From the human T2T-CHM13v2.0 reference genome, Homo sapiens: a DNA stretch of 64,000 nt. The translations under genes were made by a program, and so were the position numbers. The notes under the pieces are model-generated. The model saw nothing but the letters and a program-made list of their open reading frames with translations. It was not told the DNA's origin and made no database searches. Numbering within the stretch: the first letter of the stretch is position 1; each line of letters starts with the position of its first letter. The DNA lies in the NCBI RefSeq assembly GCF_009914755.1, contig NC_060928.1. One strand, written 5' to 3'. Below are positions 59,440 to 64,000 of the stretch, piece by piece.

Positions 59440-59505
59440 CCTGGGCCTGCTGCCTACGGACATAAGGCACAGATCTGAATTTGTATACACAAACATCTTC
59501 ATCCT
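59440..59505 (-). other. Candidate cassette exon in intron 1 (66 nt)
   Basis: gtatttttgtcctcttcag|AGGATGAAGATG...GCCCAGG|gtatgt; good acceptor and donor, unique sequence. Confidence 0.4.
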
Positions 59506-59589
59506 CTGAAGAGGACAAAAATACCAACATTCTTGTATTTTCCAACATTTTTCAAAATAAGGTCACTATGCTTTTAGTAATAAAATATA

Positions 59590-59725
59590 AATCAGTTATT
59601 GTACTATAGTTATAAGATATTACTAATGGGGAAAGAAAGATAGGTGAAGAGTACGTGGAGCTCTATACTATTTTTGCAACTTCCCAAGTTTATAATTATT
59701 TCAAAATTAAAAATTAAAAAAATCA
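59590..59725 (+). mobile_element. L1M 3' terminal fragment
   Basis: ctctatactatttttgcaacttccc...ataattatttcaaaat. Confidence 0.6.
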
Positions 59726-62214
59726 ATAAGGTAATGCATATTTAATAAGTGTTGGAGAAATTAAAACAGGTATATTAAATTGTTTTTCTAAACTCAAACA
59801 CTTAACATGTACTAAGTAACGAATATTTTGAGAAAATACTTGTGGAAATTCTATTTAAAGTGTTGAATCCTAGGCAGGATAATTAATCACCTCCTGAGTT
59901 ATTCAACTTATAAAGTGAAATTTATGTGTGTGGATGTTTTACTCAGAGCAAGGCAATAAAACTACAAGTTAATGTGCAGATAAACAAATCAGTTGTCCTT
60001 TGAAAAAAAAATAGCACATAACAAAATAATTTTGGCATAATTTTTTCATAGACCAAATAACAGCTATGTATCAAATTCCTACTTTCCTCAGGCTAATATT
60101 AAATAAGTTGGCCTCCTTTAAGTCTATATTGGCTGGAGAACAGAAGGAAACATGCTAGGAAGAAACATCATACAGGAAGAGGAAGCTGGGCCTGGTATTA
60201 ATTGGCTGAGCAGCTGGTTCATCAAGTGTTGACAACATACCAATTACAACATGTCAAAAATCACCCTGTCACATGATCTCCACTCGTAACACAGGTACCA
60301 AAGGCTTAAGAAACTGAAGAAAGCTGAAAGAATCCATGTCAGAACTCAATGATCGCTATTATTTCAAGGACCCAGAGTGGAAAGAAGAGCCAATGCATGA
60401 AGAACCAGACGCCAGACAGGCTAGTGGTCCTACCCAAAGACACAGCTCTCTACTGGCAAGGGAAGAACAAGTGTCTTTTAATTTCTGGGCCTCTGAAGTG
60501 CCATTATCAATAGGCACTAATCTTTTATAGGTAGTAGTAATGAATACTTTAAAGGGATTAGGCCATTCACAAAAGAATCAAACAACTGTAATTATTTTTT
60601 AAAATCCTCACTCATTTATAGTCCTCTAAACTCCCAAATACAATACTTTAAATCCACTGGGGCTTCACATGTACCTAGTTGATACAAAGTTCCCAATCTA
60701 AGCTTGCAACCTCATCAAAATACATTATTATAGTACCACCTATGTCAGTTGTCTTTACTAAGTAGGGCTTCAGTTTTTTTAAGGCTTACAAGTATCTGCT
60801 ATTGGATCAGCATAATGATAAAAAGGGTTGTCTCCATACACCTCCAAGCCTTGAGCTTGCTTAATTACTGCAGCACTTGATAACCATGGTGTTCTTTTGT
60901 GAAATATCACAAAACAATGACATATTATTAAGCTAAATCATATATTATACACAAATATACTAATACATGAATAGAAGCAGGTGACAATGGTTTTCTTAAA
61001 AAAAAAAAAAAAACCTTTATGGAAGAAACCACAGGCCTAAGAAAATCATTAATAATTTTCCTGGAGTTGAGAAAACTAATGTGCTTATTTAATAGTGAGA
61101 CCACTTTATAGAGATATAAAACCAAGGCCCAACTCAGTCATAAGCATTAAAACAGCAACAAAACCCCAAACTGAAAACAAAATCTCAGCACTTTAGTGAA
61201 ATTACAGTTTAGTTGGTCAAAATATATATAGTGCCTGCATTAAGTGGGCTAACAGATACAAAGTATTTCATATACCAAAAAAAAAAAAAAAAACAAAACT
61301 ACAAGGCATATCATAATGAGACTTCTCACAATGGACTATAACGCTATGGAAGATCAATAATCCAATATTTTATCATCTATTATACACAATCTATTGGACA
61401 CAGTAATTTTTGATTAAACAAAAATGAGGGGTAAGTGACTCATATCACTAACAGACATTGCTTTAATGTTTTGCCTCAAGTCTTACATCTTCTGCAGATA
61501 CAGTACTTAATATATCTCAATGTCCCTTCTCTGAAGGTTCAAAGACGTGAAGGTAATGGGGTCAGACAGGACATGAAAGCCTGCAACAAGAACTGGGGAA
61601 TTTGGAGTTAATGGTCACAGTTTTATGACCCTAATGATACCTAGATGTCTCAGGGATCCCTGAAAGGTCCGTGGTAAGGCCTGATACTTTTAGACTCAAA
61701 AATCCCAAAGCCCTGCACCACTGCAGTCAAGTAAATAAATCAACTAGTACTTCCTTGTTCAACCAAATGAAACACATGAAGAAATATCATTAACTTATTT
61801 CTGGTGCTGGGCTTTTCACATTCTGCAGGACTCATGTTTCACAGTTTATAGAACTGATATTCTAGATCTATTAGTGTTACAGTTATTAAAGATTTGGGGG
61901 CCAAGTAATAAATTAACCTGAAAAAATTCCAACCAAAGAAAGAAAAACAGAAGTGTGAATGAGCCAAAACATTCTGCAATGAACTTTATTTATTTAACTT
62001 GGAGATAAATTATTTCCACATTTCTTTGCTACTGTATTTCTTTATTATTACATTTATTTATGGTGAAAGAATGCATCTCTAAGTATTTGGCATTTCTTGC
62101 GCATAAGATTAGTGGAAAGATAAGGCTGTCAGGAAACGTTAAGGGATTTTGGGTTCATTTAACCCATGGGTTTCAGGGAAGCAGTGGAAAAGGCAGAGGC
62201 TGGTACAGGAATGT

Positions 62215-63790
62215 GCACTCAATCATTTACCAAGTATTTACTGAGCACCTACTGTGTATAGCTCATTGCACCAGCACTAAATGCACAGTGGTCAGCAAAA
62301 CAGATTCCATGTCCACATGAACTAGCAGTTGCTAAGCAATGTGGTTGGCATCTCCTACCCAGTTTTCAATGATTAATCCTATGTTTAAGCAGTTCTATAA
62401 TTCAACAAACATTAATTCAATGAAATAAAAAATCAGAAGTTTTTTTTTAAAAAATTCCAGTTCCTCCCATCCAAGACCTCAGCCTAGGGTGGAGAGACAA
62501 ATAAACCAGCTATTAAGTTTCATAATAGGAGTACAACCAAGAGTGCTAAGGGAACATCCAGGAGGGACAACCTAAGTACTATTCCAGGTAGAAAGAAAGG
62601 CTCAGAGGCAGGAGAGCTTGGCATACTTCAAAAGCTTCAAGTAGGAGACAGGAATGCATCTCTGCCATGCAGAGGATGCAATCTAGGCTCAAACACACTG
62701 AGCTCAGAAGTCAAAGTCCTAACACTGGCCTACCCAAGACTAATGACACCTCCATCACCTTGACCTCATGGTTCACCTCCTTCCAGCCAACCCCTTACTG
62801 TTCTGTGAATGTGCCAAGCACCCTGCTTCAGAGCCTCAGCACTTGCTCTTCTCTCAGTCCTACAATTCTCACTCCCTTGGCTGCCTCAAATCTCTTCTAA
62901 TGGACCTTTACAGAGAGGCCTTCTGATTCAGACCTCTATAAATGGCAATCCCACCCATACTTTAGCACCCCAATGATTGTATGATGTCACTGACAGTTAT
63001 AATAATATAGTATATAATGTACTATGTATTATAATAATTGACAATTATTGACAGTACAATTGACAATAGTAATACTTGTTATCTACTCCCCTCACCACTA
63101 GAATTTAAGCTCCCTGATATAGCGCTATCACCCAGCACTGTGCCTAACAGACAGCAGACACTCAAGTCTTTTTTTAAAAAATGAACAAATGAATGGCTGT
63201 CAGAGATGTGACTGGAGAAGCTGGAGCCAGGTTACAAAGAGTTTTTTATAGACTGCAACCCCATGTTTTAGCGCCTCTTTGATAATGACTTAAGATCTAT
63301 TCAAGAATTTTAAGCAGAAAAAAAAAGGTATACTGGAAAGACCACAATTTCACATTTTAAAAAATTAAAACAAAAAACAATTCATTTTGGAAAGAGTGTG
63401 AGGGTAATCTATGAGAAGACGTGAGACTGCAGTTAAGTAGAATATTTAAAAGACCTCTCTAATACTTCAGCAGGGAAATACAGGCCCCAAAATTGTCTTC
63501 TGGCAGGTGGAGGTTGAAAATGATAAACATTTAGAAGATAAAAACAACTGGACCTGATGCTTAATTAAATGTGAGACGTGAGGAAGACTGAGGAGTGGAT
63601 GATGACTGCCAGTCTCAATCTAGTGACAGAACAGGTGCTAACAGCATTTACTCAAGCTGAGGAGATAGGAGAAGAAAATACATTTTGGAAGAACGATTAT
63701 GAGTTACATTTGGGCCATGCTGAGGTTGACATGCCTGTGTAAATATCTCAGCAGATATGTCTAAACCAGCAGTTGGACATATCCCAGCAA
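62215..63790. mobile_element. L2 fragments: antisense L2 (62215-62650, 63200-63790) around a sense L2 3' end (~62680-63195)
   Basis: atttactgagcacctactgtgt; ccagcactgtgcctaacagacagcagacactcaa...gaacaaatgaatg; gagttacatttgggccatgctgaggttgacatgcctgtg. Confidence 0.7.
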
Positions 63791-64000
63791 AAAATCAGTG
63801 GTTCAGATGTCATTAATACTTGTCACACAAACAAAACTTGATGAACTTCATGGCAGCAATAAAAATCAAATACACTTAACTAGGAATAAACATTACAGTA
63901 TTAGATGAGAATTAGCCTAAATGTTAAAAAAGGAAGGCTATAATCTTATCTATATTAACGCTTCTTACAAGATCTGGGGATGAGTTCAAAGATAATATGA

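Noticed and set aside
62990-63075. Repeated tgaca motifs resembling an array or TF-site cluster
   Set aside because: Irregular AT-rich slippage inside an L2 fragment; no constant repeat-spacer period

Overview
Primate (human-like) AT-rich intronic DNA dominated by interspersed repeats: about 25 Alu segments, L1 and L2 fragments, MaLR/ERV LTRs, a near full-length Tigger2, and MER DNA-transposon fossils. Two well-formed minus-strand exons lie at 36287-36380 (94 nt) and 927-1026 (100 nt), separated by a 35,260-nt intron. From memory, their sequence, sizes and spacing match the non-coding 5'UTR exons 2 and 3 of WDFY3 (ALFY); this should be confirmed by BLAT. The window would then hold most of intron 1, exon 2, intron 2, exon 3 and the start of intron 3. 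No main CDS is present, and the supplied ORF track looks like repeat-derived or chance ORFs. I see no convincing new multi-gene system. The best leads are: (i) a set of same-frame uORFs in the 5'UTR that two candidate cassette exons and an inverted Alu pair around exon 3 could rewire; (ii) several DNA-repair scars, namely two collapsed head-to-head Alu pairs (one a near-zero-spacer palindrome), an LTR end flanked by a 64-bp local Alu duplication, and short templated direct/inverted insertions. Repeat subfamily names are by-eye matches to remembered consensus sequences, and their boundaries are approximate unless a TSD is cited.
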